A stretch of 63,591 nt of DNA, the filler included, from Collodictyon triciliatum (taxonomy: Eukaryota), in NCBI GenBank assembly GCA_043381765.1. It is 29 parts of 29 records of this genome, joined end to end, with 100 filler letters (N's around TTAATTAATTAA, not from the genome) between each part and the next. Parts side by side here need not be neighbours in the genome. Positions count along the whole stretch, not along the records: positions 1 to 2,122 come from JBHJMP010009466.1; positions 2,223 to 4,343 come from JBHJMP010009467.1; positions 4,444 to 6,564 come from JBHJMP010009468.1; positions 6,665 to 8,786 come from JBHJMP010009469.1; positions 8,887 to 11,004 come from JBHJMP010009470.1; positions 11,105 to 13,222 come from JBHJMP010009471.1; 23 more parts are not named here. One strand, written 5' to 3'. Positions 1 through 12,424 of this stretch are shown here, one piece after another; positions within the stretch are counted from its first letter, which is position 1, and every line of letters begins with the position of its first letter. Under the pieces are notes generated by a model that did not search any database, was not told the origin of the DNA, and was given only the letters and a program-made list of their open reading frames with translations. The translations under genes were made by a program, and so were the position numbers.

Positions 1-98
1 TTATTATCATTATTATTATCATTATTATTATCATTATTATTATCATTATTATTATCATTATTATTATCATTATTATTATCATTATTATTATCATTATT
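1..98. repeat. (ATTATTATTATC)n microsatellite
   Basis: Read directly from the sequence. Confidence 0.95.
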
Positions 99-157
99 AA
101 TCATTTGTTATAAATATACTAAAGAGTTTCTTTTTATCAAAAGAAAAAGGAGCAAGG

Positions 158-1357
158 ATGAGCCATTTTGGTATCTACAGAACAACATTATCTCTCACTT
201 TATTTATCATCTCAATGTCTGTGCTGGTATACATGAACGGGATGTTGGAATCGAACTTTTATGATGACTTTTGGTCTGGACGTAGGTTACGTGGAAAACA
301 AATAAGCCGCATACAACACCTAGACAAAAAAACTTGTCTGAATAGAAATACCTTAATTTCCCATGACTTATTTAACCCATTTGTTTGCAACGCTTATGTT
401 AATCTAAGTTCGGTCCAATACACGTCTCCAGATGATTGGCTCTCCTCTTTTGTTTGGAATGCAACTGCGTGTTATTGCTCAATATGGACTTATTATCTGG
501 ACTGCGAGTATTTTTTTAGGGGTGACAGTGGTATGAAAAGCATAAAGCAATATCTTATGTACGGTAGAGGGTACTTTCTATCAACAAATTTGAATGTATT
601 TGCAAATCTATCGCCAACTAGCAAATACTCTATGAACATGCTAGATGCTGTGAAGGATCAAATGTATATCGGTATTGGCCATAGCCCATTGGAAAACTTG
701 GTTTTTTTTCAAACTTTGGAGCCCAAGGACAAGAGATTTATTCTTTTTGAGGCTGTTTTGCATAATCATAAAAAACCCCGATGGCAATACCCGACAGAAG
801 AAAGACTTGCGCTTGCTTCAGTACATTTTTCTATCCATCCTAGTAAGGTATTTTACAGAGACAACAACCTTGGTTTACCTAGAAATTATTTCTCAGAACA
901 GGAAGGCGAACCCCATCACGACTGGAACATAACAACATTGGACCATTACTTGTTGGAAAAAGGCCTCAGCCACGTACCTATTCCCATACTTATTGTAGAT
1001 GTGAAAACTCATGTTCTAAAAATTTTGGAAGGTGCTTTTTTAACCTTAAATAGGGTCAGACTCATAATTTTTGGGTGCCAAGCTACAGTCAATCCGAATG
1101 GAAAAGACAGGCACGGGGCATTCCTTCATAGAATTCAAACTTTATTGAGTCCTTACGGGTTCTTATCGTTCATCACCAGCGATGTGCAGCTTGTGCCTTT
1201 TACAGGGAAATGGCTGAATGCTGCAATTGTTAATAGCACTGATTCAGGAGGACAGAAATGTATAGCATTGCGCATAGGTGATCCCCTCATCGACCAAATC
1301 ATTCCAAAGTTTAATGTACTTAAGAGTTGTCAGCGTCGCCCAGCCGAAAAGTTGTGA
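158..1357 (+). CDS. Type II membrane protein with a divergent FkbM-family (Methyltransf_21-like) domain
   Basis: Intronless 399-aa ORF with an N-terminal hydrophobic anchor; TTLDHYLLEKGL..IPILIVDVKTHVLKILEGAFLTL resembles the FkbM pattern TLD..I.llKiDvEG.E..vL.Ga..tL. Confidence 0.55.
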   Translation: MSHFGIYRTTLSLTLFIISMSVLVYMNGMLESNFYDDFWSGRRLRGKQISRIQHLDKKTCLNRNTLISHDLFNPFVCNAYVNLSSVQYTSPDDWLSSFVWNATACYCSIWTYYLDCEYFFRGDSGMKSIKQYLMYGRGYFLSTNLNVFANLSPTSKYSMNMLDAVKDQMYIGIGHSPLENLVFFQTLEPKDKRFILFEAVLHNHKKPRWQYPTEERLALASVHFSIHPSKVFYRDNNLGLPRNYFSEQEGEPHHDWNITTLDHYLLEKGLSHVPIPILIVDVKTHVLKILEGAFLTLNRVRLIIFGCQATVNPNGKDRHGAFLHRIQTLLSPYGFLSFITSDVQLVPFTGKWLNAAIVNSTDSGGQKCIALRIGDPLIDQIIPKFNVLKSCQRRPAEKL

Positions 1358-2122
1358 GCAATTTCGCTCATGATTGGGTGATATAGCATGAAATCAAATA
1401 TATTGACATTTACTTATTTTTCGCCATTTTATTTTAATTGAAGGATTGAGAGTCCGCTACTTTGTTGTCAAAGGCACTTGATGATGATTTCACTCTATTT
1501 CTTTCTTCTTTTTTTTTTCTTTTCCGGTGTCCTCATTCCTTTTTCTCCTTCTTTGCTTTTCATACTTTCTTTAACTTTTTCAGTCGTCGTTTAGAAAGTC
1601 CCACGCAAGTCTTCAGAATACTTTCAATACGACCAGTTCGCCTTTTTAAACATATGTCCAATTCGTTTGCAGAAATATGATGGTCTCATTCTTGTGAGGG
1701 GTTGTCTGGTTTATTGATTCATTCATGCATGCATTTCAAAATTAAGTGCTATGATAATAGGCTTGGTTCACGTGATTATTCCTTGCGAAAGCAGACCTTA
1801 ACCTCTTAAATATGAAAGGAGAAGCATATATGATTACGAACCATCCACAGCTGAAATCTGAATTCTTGTAGTCCAATTAATACGATATCATGCTTCATGA
1901 TTTCACATTCACATTCACCAGTGCAAAAAGATTTGATTGATATTGTCCCACAAAAACGCGCGTGATATTGTGAAAAGCGAATGTTTTTTTTATATTCTGA
2001 TATCCTGATATCGTGTAACCACATCACATCCATCCCTATACATTTATCTATACTTTAATATAGAAAAAGGCGATGTAGCTTTCGATATAGCCTGCACGAT
2101 GTTTTCTGACCCAGGTTGCTTC

Positions 2123-2222
2123 NNNNNNNNNNNNNNNNNNNNNNNNNNNNNNNNNNNNNNNNNNNNTTAATTAATTAANNNNNNNNNNNNNNNNNNNNNN
2201 NNNNNNNNNNNNNNNNNNNNNN
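2123..2222. other. Artificial contig linker N44-TTAATTAATTAA-N44 (first of 28, recurring about every 2.2 kb up to 61928-62027)
   Basis: Identical 100-nt spacer with stops in all six frames at regular intervals; flanking sequences are unrelated and often end in microsatellites. Confidence 0.98.
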
Positions 2223-2332
2223 TTGTATTGTATTGTATTGTATTGTATTGTATTGTATTGTATTGTATTGTATTGTATTGTATTGTATTGTATTGTATTG
2301 TATTGTATTGTATTGTATTGTATTGTATTGTA
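2223..2332. repeat. (TATTG)n microsatellite
   Basis: Read directly from the sequence. Confidence 0.95.
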
Positions 2333-2398
2333 TTCTCTTTGCTCATGGATGATTGCATATTGTTATAAAATTTATCAAATGGATTGCTATACAGTTTA

Positions 2399-3985
2399 CC
2401 CTTCAATTTGGCCAACATATTCATTTATTTCGTCTTCTAATCCCCGATTAATAGCATCAAGTTCCTTAATAATCTGGTCTTGTCGCAATAACTCATCCTC
2501 GTAATCATTTGCATTCCTGATTCTTGTCTGATGTAGTGTTAGCATTCTTTAGAAATGTATTCATGCATCAAAGGTCCACTGGCATTCATTTTAATTTTTT
2601 ACTATTCAGTCATATTTTAATGAAAAGGTAGCAAAAGCTCTTTTCATTTTATTTGGTTTTCTTGAAAGTTACATAAACTGAGTAAATGAACAAACTCTTA
2701 GATCGGAATTCATCTGTTCATTTTTCATAGCTGTTTGTCTTTTCTGTTCCTCTAAATCAGCCACTTGCTCTTTACANNNNNNNNNNNNNNNNNNNNNNNN
2801 NNNNNNNNNNNNNNNNNNNNNNNNNNNNNNNNNNNNNNNNNNNNNNNNNNNNNNNNNNNNNNNNNNNNNNNNNNNNNNNNNNNNNNNNNNNNNNNNNNNN
2901 NNNNNNNNNNNNNNNNNNNNNNNNNNNNNNNNNNNNNNNNNNNNNNNNNNNNNNNNNNNNNNNNNNNNNNNNNNNNNNNNNNNNNNNNNNNNNNNNNNNN
3001 NNNNNNNNNNNNNNNNNNNNNNNNNNNNNNNNNNNNNNNNNNNNNNNNNNNNNNNNNNNNNNNNNNNNNNNNNNNNNNNNNNNNNNNNNNNNNNNNNNNN
3101 NNNNNNNNNNNNNNNNNNNNNNNNNNNNNNNNNNNNNNNNNNNNNNNNNNNNNNNNNNNNNNNNNNNNNNNNNNNNNNNNNNNNNNNNNNNNNNNNNNNN
3201 NNNNNNNNNNNNNNNNNNNNNNNNNNNNNNNNNNNNNNNNNNNNNNNNNNNNNNNNNNNNNNNNNNNNNNNNNNNNNNNNNNNNNNNNNNNNNNNNNNNN
3301 NNNNNNNNNNNNNNNNNNNNNNNNNNNNNNNNNNNNNNNNNAAAAAAAAAAAAAAAAAAAAAAATCGACAAAAAAATGTCCACAGTACATATGTACTGCA
3401 TTTCAGTCAAATAAAACACGAAATGTGTTAAAAGGTATATAAAAGATATTAATGAAGATAGCAGGGTCAGATATGGATATTGAGGGAAAATATAAAAATG
3501 TATACGACTTACTACAAGTTTCTGCTCAATTTGTTCAATATACTGCTCTTGTTCATTATTAATCGCAACGAAGTGTCTTTTTTTTTTTGTGGATTTTGTG
3601 ATAAGAAATAACTTGATATTATTTTATCTAAATTCTTTTTGGTCGTGAAATATGACATAATTGAAAGAGTTCTTCGATAAATAATTTTAATCGACAAAAT
3701 GTAGATTACAATCTACTTTGAATATTATGTGAATGACTTTTCGAATAAGATTAAATTAAAAAAAATTAAGATATCAAAAGCATACTCGACTGTCAATTGA
3801 AGCAACAAAGAGACTTTTGCCAATATCTCGGGTGCAATATTATCTGCCAAGTGGCAAGGGATAATTAAATCCGCAAATTTGTCCAAAGAATCACGTTCAG
3901 CTTCAGGATTCTGTATTTCAAAATATAAAACATTGAAAAATTCAACTTTTATCACATGATAAGGAATGACTGGATTCCAGAATCT
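2399..3985 (-). CDS. Fragments of a multi-exon coiled-coil protein (gapped)
   Basis: Exon-like pieces NPEAERDSLDKFADLII..LLQLTVE, KEQVADLEEQKRQTAMKNEQMNSDLR and TRIRNANDYEDELLRQDQIIKELDAINRGLEDEINEY, mostly bounded by GT/AG. Confidence 0.4.
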
Positions 3986-4243
3986 AAAAAATAGCTAATG
4001 ATAATGATAATGATAATGATAATGATAATGATAATGATAATGATAATGATAATGATAATGATAATGATAATGATAATGATAATGATAATCATCTGTTGGA
4101 TATATTTCATTCCTGAACATTTAATTCAGTACATCTAGAAATGAAAAAAATTGACTCCCTTCAACAAGAAACTGTTGAATGGATCAGAAAAGGGTAAAAA
4201 ACTGCGTAATGCCGCACAGAGGTTGTTGTTTTTTTGTTTTTTT

Positions 4244-4343
<100 letters not shown>

Positions 4344-4443
4344 NNNNNNNNNNNNNNNNNNNNNNNNNNNNNNNNNNNNNNNNNNNNTTAATTAATTAAN
4401 NNNNNNNNNNNNNNNNNNNNNNNNNNNNNNNNNNNNNNNNNNN

Positions 4444-6564
4444 ACAAAATTCAAAGTCATAGTATTCTGGATTCAAGTCAACCTCCAACTCAATCAGACC
4501 AGATTTCGAAATAATGGAAGGACAAAGGTAGCGTTTCGTTTCATCTTGGAGATTGAAAGTTGTTGTGAAATTCATAAAACCAGGAAGAAAATTAGCTGTT
4601 CCGTGATTGGTCGATGTTTTATTCAATCCCAAATACTCAAGCTTTGAAAACCCGATGTATGATTCAGGAATGCTTCCAACAATCGGATTTCCAGTGAGGT
4701 CAAGGGAAGTCCATCTCAATAAATTTGTAAGTTCATCAAGCTTAGTGATGTTATTATTTTTAATACTCAATATTTTCATGTAAAGAAGATTGTTAAATAC
4801 CCTATAATTAAATGCTCCATTCAATTGGTTGTCATCAAGCAAAAGGTTTTCATAAAAATAATCGTAATTGCCCGTTTCTGGTGAGATGAAAACACCAACG
4901 TCTCCTGAAAACGAGTTGTTTCTCAAATCGATGGTGACTAGATTTGGCAGATTCCAGAATAAATCAGGCATGCTTCCAGAAAAATTATTGTGGGATACAA
5001 CGAGTGATTTCAGTTCTAGAAATCCCTGAAAATAGGTTGGGACTGTGCCTTTCATTTTGTTCCAAGACAAGTCGATGTATTTAATTGAAGGCAATGACCA
5101 GTAATTGGGAATAGAACCAATAATTTGGTTTTCGCTCACATCCAGTCTTGTCAGGTTATTCAGATTGAACATCGGTAATGTGCCTGACAGCTTATTTCGG
5201 AACAGTAATATTTCCTTGACTTCGTCGCAATATTTGAAATCTGGAACCTCTCCCTCCAATTGATTATCATAAACAGAAAAAATCTCCAGTTTATGAATAT
5301 ATGAAAAGTTTGGAATTGTGCCTAAAATTACTCATTAATATGAAAGGAAATGTAAAATCAAAAGAAATAGAAAGGGAAAATGAGTAGAAATCACCATTCA
5401 ATCGGTTTCTATCAAGGTAAATTATTTCAATATTTGATATTCCATCGAAGTTTGGAATGGTCCCTGTAATGTAAAGTTAGTTTTCATCAAAAATAAATAA
5501 AATTATTATAATTAACTTACCATTCAATAGATTGATGTAAAGATAAATTCCTAAACCATTTGGAATGCCACTGAAGTTTGGAATCGTTCCTGTAATGTAA
5601 AGTTAGCTTCTTTTTTATATTATATGAAATAAAAATTAAAACTTACCATCCAATTGGTTGTTGTAAAGATGAATTTCTAAAACATTTAGAATCCCACTGA
5701 AGTTTGGAACCGTTCCTGTAATATTAAGTTAGTGTTGCATCAATAATGCATGAAATGATAATTAAAACTTACCATCCAACTGATTGCTGAAAAGATAAAT
5801 TCCTAAAACATTTGGAATTCCACTGAAGTTTGGAACTGTTCCTGTAGTATTAAAATTAGCACTTGTATGCCATCATATTTAATAAAATAGAAAAAACAAA
5901 CCATGAACCTTGCAGCTATAAATTGCAAGAATCAGAACATTTGGCAACGCTGAGAAATCAGGAAGAGTTCCTGACATGAAAAAATCATTAGAATTCAGAA
6001 TAAATCATATTGGAAATTACTTTGTACCTGTAAGTATTTCACTTGAACCAATCCACAATGTATTCAGCGACTGTATTTCAGAAAAATCTGGTATTGTTCC
6101 TTCCAATTCATTCCCATCAATCTCAAGGTGTTCAATTTCCGGCATTCCTTGAAAGTCAGGAATCGTTCCTGTGATTCGATTCACAAAGAGTTTCAGGGAC
6201 GTAATACTAGGGAGATTAAAGTCTGGAAGATTTCCGTAAATGAAGTTGTAACTCATGTCCAAGGAATCCAATAATTGGAGCTTCTCGAAAATTGCAGAGG
6301 CAGCTTCAATGTTACCGTTGAGATTGTTTCCTGACATACTGATTCTGAATATGGGACATGTATTGCTCTACAAATATAAATGAAATAGGTTAAAAATGAA
6401 ATCAAAAGAGATTATTATCATTTCAAGAAATCACCTGATAGTCTTGATCTGAACAGCTCTGATGACACGATATTCCATACCAATCACATATCGGAATACT
6501 TTCATTCTTCCATCCAGTGTTCCGAAACCAATTATCGCCGCCAAGTAAATCATAAAGTTGGACA
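4444..6564 (-). CDS. Plant-type extracellular LRR receptor-like protein (partial, 8 exons)
   Basis: N-cap LYDLLGGDNWFRNTGW..CDWYGISC followed by LxxNxLxGxIP repeats; exons 6435-6564, 6028-6367, five 69-nt exons (5902-5970, 5773-5841, 5647-5715, 5521-5589, 5395-5463) and 4444-5321. Confidence 0.92.
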
Positions 6565-6664
6565 NNNNNNNNNNNNNNNNNNNNNNNNNNNNNNNNNNNN
6601 NNNNNNNNTTAATTAATTAANNNNNNNNNNNNNNNNNNNNNNNNNNNNNNNNNNNNNNNNNNNN

Positions 6665-8185
6665 GATTCTCAACCTATTAACGAGTCGACGGACTCGTTA
6701 AATATCTCCTGGACAAAGGGTTCAGGGGAGGTTTCTGAGAACGAACCTGAAGCGGTCCACGGTGGTTCTTTGGACTGATTCTAAGAACAGACTTGGAGAA
6801 ATCCAAGATGGGTCTTAGAATCAGATCACAGATCCCAAGGACGCACTTGGGTGTCCAGTTGTTACACTACCGCTGGACGTGTGGCCGCAACTCCTTCGTG
6901 AGGAGCTGAAGCCATTCAGACCGACCCACGTGGATATCAAAAAGGACAAAGGCTTCTTCACAGACACGGCCGTGATGAAGCTTCTTTGTCACAAGAACCA
7001 GCTCCCTGCAAAGTTTACGGTCATGGGCAAAAAGTTTCCAAAGCGCATCCTCAAAGAGCGTCCGCCAGCCGCGAACAACGAACGATAAGCAAAAGCTCCG
7101 CTAAAGAATACACCCGCCAAGCAGACAAGCAGAAACGGGTCAAGGAAGCCAAGGCCAGGCAACTATTAGAGTTCGCAAGACTCACAGCAGATACGCGCAT
7201 ACAGCGACAGCGACGATGACATGAAAGGAAATATCGGTTCCTCTTCAGAATCCTCGCACTCGAGTCCTCCACTACCAACCATTGGACAAGCCCGCACATC
7301 GCAAGACCCACGAGCAGCGCATCTCCAAACCCCGAAAGAAATCCCCCCTTGAACTATCCATTCAGACTGACGTGAATATGGTTAACATAGGAGGCATCAA
7401 GGCAGTCTTCGTTACTTATCAGAAAGGATACGCCAAAGCGAAGGCAACACAAGAACCAGCGCCCACCAAAGATAGTCCGTTTACCCTGCCCCAGTCCGTC
7501 GCACCGAGAACCAAGGAGCAAGAGCAAACACCACAAATCGAATCCAAGCTGGGAACTTCACACACCAAAGACAGTCCGAGCAAGCAGGAGCGTATGTTTC
7601 TAAAATCACAAACGCGTATCCATACTCCGGTTAAGCAAAGTTCACTGCCGGCTACGCATGGCTCCGAAACCAGGGGACGGTCAAGCGCCACTTCCGATAA
7701 TACCAGACAAACAACGATGTATCGCTTTTTGTCTGAATCTCCCAGCAAGAAGCGCAAGGAAAGTGACCCGTTGTCCCCTCAAAAGACTCATCCTGTGGAA
7801 TGAAAAAGGATGTAAACCTTGTCTGAGATAGATGGTTGAAAGGATTCGTCGGAATCGATTTGAGAAGTAACAGCCATATGTGTACTTTCATCGACCCGAC
7901 AACTTTATCCGCTCTTCTGTCAGTCTCGAATACAACCAGAAATCGCGTTGGAGCTGATTCACCTCGGGTAAAATAGTCTGCGTGTGACAACCCTTTCTCT
8001 CCTTTCTATTTTCTTTTTCTTTTTTCTTGTTTTCTTTTCTTCCTTCCACCTGAAACATAGAAAATCCAACCACACAACCCGCGGGCTCCACTGTCTTGTC
8101 CACAGCTCATTACTTGTCCTAGAGGCGAAGGCGGTTTACTCCGCTTTGTTTTTCGCTGAATAAACTTTGAAATAAAATAAAAAAA
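6665..8185 (+). mobile_element. Degenerate, internally deleted non-LTR retrotransposon (ORF1-like region, short ORF2-like tail, 3'UTR, A-rich end)
   Basis: Intronless, GC-richer block; frameshifted ORF1-like peptide (PLDVWPQLLREELKPF..GFFTDTAVMKL..LPAKFTVMG); pyrimidine-rich 3'UTR ending AATAAACTTTGAAATAAAATAAAAAAA. Confidence 0.45.
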
Positions 8186-9600
8186 TGTCTCATCCCAAGC
8201 TTTTTAGATGTATATTTATCAGCCTGAATCCTTAATAACCGGGGAAAATGAGTGGATGGGCCGTAAAACACAGACATATAGACCAACCGATAGCCAAAAG
8301 CTGAAAGTAAGCCCGAATATTTCAGCTTATTCCCGAAACATCACGCCCTACTGCTCAATATCTCTAACAGAGCTGTGAAAAGGTGCGCGTGTGGTTCTTG
8401 CGACAAAGGAGATTTGGGGAAAGCGTCGTAATATATCCCTCATCACATCCCAGTCCCTGATGCCTTCACAATTAATCAACATGTTGGCATGCTCGCACAA
8501 CAAACTCGCGGTCACTGATTCCTTTCTTGTGATGGCCTATACTCATAAGTTTTTCATACTTGCGTTTGCTTTTTACTGTGCGCCCTTGACCTTCCCTCGT
8601 ATAGTTCCACCCTCTTGAAGTAAAAGTCGAATAAAAATGGAAATTTTGATATAACACCCCCAATTTATAAAGAACACTTTTGATTTATTATCATTTTTAT
8701 TGAGATTTGTTGCTTTCATTTCAGCTTGCTTGAGCGAGAATGGTGTCCACATGGATGGAATGATTTTGAAGATATCATTTGAGATTNNNNNNNNNNNNNN
8801 NNNNNNNNNNNNNNNNNNNNNNNNNNNNNNTTAATTAATTAANNNNNNNNNNNNNNNNNNNNNNNNNNNNNNNNNNNNNNNNNNNNTTTCTTTTTCTTTT
8901 TCTTTTTCTTTTTCTTTTTCTTTTTCTTTTTCTTTTTCTTTTTCTTTTTCTTTTTCTTTTTCTTTTTTTTGATCAAGGCAACAAAGTAACGAGACAAAGA
9001 GCTCTGAAGTTCATGCAAGCGAGAGAAGCGTTCATCTTCTACTCCGAGACGATTCCCTTCGCTTTCTCAGTCGAGTCTCGTAGGCCACCGGCTCCGCCGA
9101 CTCTTATCGACGCGCAACTTGGATTCGATTGTGCGGTGCGGCTCCTTGGCAGAAATCTTGGCAATTTGGGATTCGTGGGTGAATGAAACTCTCCTACGGA
9201 AATGTTGAATCTAACCAGAATTATGGACATCCAAAAAAAAAAAAATTATTTTGGTCAACTTCGGCTATGAGGTCCGCTATGAATAGTGCTCATACATAAA
9301 AAGTATATATTTTTAATTAATTGATTTTGACTCTTTAGGATTTCCGCAAATGAACAACAAATTTGGAATATATTCGGTTGATAAGGGCAAAGAAATGATA
9401 TGGTCTCTATGTGCCAGATTCAGCCACACACGCGACAGGATTGTGCCCAGAGGGACGTGGTGTTGTGGTGTAGCCCACCTTAAATATGCACACTGTTCAT
9501 CTGCTTCTATTCATTTTTGATTGCACTATTAAAAAAATATTTTTTTTCTTTTTATTGCTTTGCGTATAAATTTGAGTGAAGGAAAACTTGCTTCTTGGGA

Positions 9601-10371
9601 TTAATTCTCCAAGCCAGCAAGTCTCTTCTTTGCCAACTCGCTGCCGTGGTATGCGGCGTACTTGTAGCATGCAATTGCGCGTTGGGCATCTCTTTGAATT
9701 CCAATGCCATGTTGGAGCAAATGCGCTAAGCACTCTACCGCATAAACGTGGCGGGACGAAGCAGCCCATTCGATATATGCCAGGCCACTCGGAACGTTCT
9801 GCGTGCATCCCTTCCCCTGGACGAGAATAAGACCCAGCGCACATTGGGCCAAAATATCTCCGTGGGCAGCTGCATATTCGTAGTAATTTCGTGCTATTTC
9901 GGTGTTTTTGTTTGTCCCGTAGCCGTAATTGAAGCAATCACCCAGCAGTGCAAAAGATGGCAGGAACACGTATTGTGCAGATGTAATTCTATGTGAGAGG
10001 GATTCTTCCTTGGCTCCGAATATCCAACACTCTATCTCGCCTTTCGTAAAATAGACCCCTCCAAGGACCGCACCCATGCTATTTACTTTTGCAATGGACT
10101 CTAATAACTCCAAAGATCTCCACAGGTGGGATGTGGATGAAAGACGAGCCTTTTCAATCAGTTCACGACTATAAATCCACAACTTGTGCTCACCGTCCAA
10201 AAGGGTTAAGAGAGGTGGCTCCATTATTACGATATATCGTAGGAGAAGACATACAACCACTCCATACTCTTCATAGTTCACATAAGGAATCAAGATATTA
10301 GCCGCATCGCGGAAACATCGCATGCTCATGTGATTGAATACGTCTATCAGTTTTTCTCGCGTCAGCGACAC
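9601..10371 (-). CDS. Sel1-like repeat (SLR) protein; 5' exon not resolved
   Basis: LLGDCFNYGYGTNKNTEIARNYYEYAA, AQCALGLILVQGKGCTQN and LAHLLQHGIGIQRDAQRAIACYKYAA repeats. Confidence 0.85.
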   Translation of the reverse strand: MSLTREKLIDVFNHMSMRCFRDAANILIPYVNYEEYGVVVCLLLRYIVIMEPPLLTLLDGEHKLWIYSRELIEKARLSSTSHLWRSLELLESIAKVNSMGAVLGGVYFTKGEIECWIFGAKEESLSHRITSAQYVFLPSFALLGDCFNYGYGTNKNTEIARNYYEYAAAHGDILAQCALGLILVQGKGCTQNVPSGLAYIEWAASSRHVYAVECLAHLLQHGIGIQRDAQRAIACYKYAAYHGSELAKKRLAGLEN

Positions 10372-10917
10372 TGTATTCAGCTGTAGATTATATTTTGGTG
10401 AGTGGCTAAATGTATGCGACTTAAGGGCGATAAAGATAAACGTTCAATATAAAATATATAAATTGGCTTTGCTTTATCGAATAGGCTACATATATACGCA
10501 GATGTATGTATTAAATGGAAAATGCTTGGGGTCAAATATGGCATGCTAAATAAATGCAAGCCTACCCTATGCATGTAGAGAGAACGGCGGTCAATCTCGA
10601 CTGATTTAACTAAGAAAATAATGAAAATGTGAAAATGAAAATGTGAAAATAAAGTAACATTGAATTACATAATTTCTAGTTAATTGGAGAGAGTCAAACT
10701 GATGTCATTACATCAGGTAGAAGTAAAAAAAAAAAAAAATGAAATCTCAGACTCTCAGTGCACATAGGTACTTTAAGGGCATTAGTTTTCGATTTTTATC
10801 AGACAATATAAAAAATAAGACTAAGAAATATGCATGAGTGACTGAATGTTTACAAGTAGAGTACATATGTAAAAAAAAAAAATCCAGAGTGTCGTGTATC
10901 TGATTTACCAAAGGATG

Positions 10918-11004
<87 letters not shown>

Positions 11005-11365
11005 NNNNNNNNNNNNNNNNNNNNNNNNNNNNNNNNNNNNNNNNNNNNTTAATTAATTAANNNNNNNNNNNNNNNNNNNNNNNNNNNNNNNNNNNNNNNN
11101 NNNNGAAAAGAAAAAGAAAAGAAAAAGAAAAGAAAAAGAAAAGAAAAAGAAAAAGAAAAGAAAAAGAAAAGAAAAAGAAAAGAAAAAGAAAAGAAAAAGA
11201 AAAAGAAAAACAAAAGAAAAACAAAAGAAAAAGAAAAAGAAAGAGAAAGAGAAAAAAGAAAAGAAAAGAGAAGGGAATGAGGCGAACTTTCTCCATTAGT
11301 GTAAAAAAAAATCCACCTTGAGAGATATTCTACGTCTCACCGCCCTTACATTATTTGTATATTAG

Positions 11366-11914
11366 GTTTTTCGACCTCGAACATCCCCTGATGTAATTGA
11401 TTTTATATCGAGAGTTTTGAAGTATCACCCACAAGCAAGGATGAAGCCAGTAGATGCTTGCGCTCATCCCGTATTTGACGATATTCGAGACTCAAATGCA
11501 AAAATGCCATCGGGAAAGTCTATGCCTTTGCTGTTTAACTTCAAAACAATAGGTAGAAGTAGCACATCGAATACTTGTGTGATGGAATGATTCAATGAAG
11601 CATATTGGGGATCCTTGTTAATACTGTTCCCGATATTGGTGGACTTTTTATGTTAAAATTACAGAGATTCACACAGTCAATTCTACTATTTGTATTTTTA
11701 ACACAATTGGTACCTCACTCCCTTTTGTTTGTTCCACGAATTGTGGATCTACTTACTTAATTACACAACTAAATACTTATCAGAGATGAAAGGTGCAACC
11801 AGCGAAACAATTCGAAAAATAATACCCGAGCACGCAGCCCCACAGCTTGGGATGTCACTGCCTCAGTTCATATCTGCGTGCGCCCTGGACAACGAAGTGG
11901 AAACAAATATGTGA
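11366..11914 (+). CDS. GSK3: Glycogen synthase kinase-3, last two exons (11366-11552, 11784-11914)
   Basis: VFRPRTSPDVIDFISRVLKYHPQARMKPVDACAHPVFDDIRDSNAKMPSGKSMPLLFNF..IIPEHA matches the GSK3 C-terminus. Confidence 0.9.
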
Positions 11915-12424
11915 TGATGAATTTTATTGACAAACATCCTAAAATTTTGCAACAAGGATATCCTCTACTCATCCTTTTATTATCATTTATCCAAAAGATA
12001 TATATATATATATCTGTACGAGATGCTTCTCCGCAATCTTATTCAATCTCTATATTCCATTTCGTGTCCACCCCGATGCAATTTTCGTTGCCTATAACAA
12101 GAAATATTATCAGGGAAAATATATTATTCATCATACATATAGGTGGTGTTAACATGTAAGTAGAGAAAAAAAGAAAGAGAGATGCTCCACAAACCCATTA
12201 TACTCCTTTTGTCTTTTATAAAGCAACCACACCACCAATTAGATTGAAAAAATGAGACACAAAATGAACAAAGAAAAAAAAATCCCCAAAATCAAAAGAG
12301 GGAGCTATGGTCAAGGAAATTCATACAAGAGACAGGATTAACGAATACACAACACATTGGTTGAATTACATGCTTTTAAGCTTGCAAGATATGCTAGTGA
12401 GATGGTAGCAGAGATAGCGAGTGG

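Noticed and set aside
2167-2178. TTAATTAATTAA recurring about every 2.2 kb as a biological periodic element
   Set aside because: It is always embedded in N44 runs, so it is an assembly linker. Any operon-like relation between genes in different contigs (e.g. Fanzor and the virus cassette) is therefore unsupported.
2752-3442. ORF-track entries over N gaps and homopolymers or microsatellites (poly-F, K, L, X), here and at most contig ends
   Set aside because: They are artefacts of Ns and simple repeats that lack stop codons.
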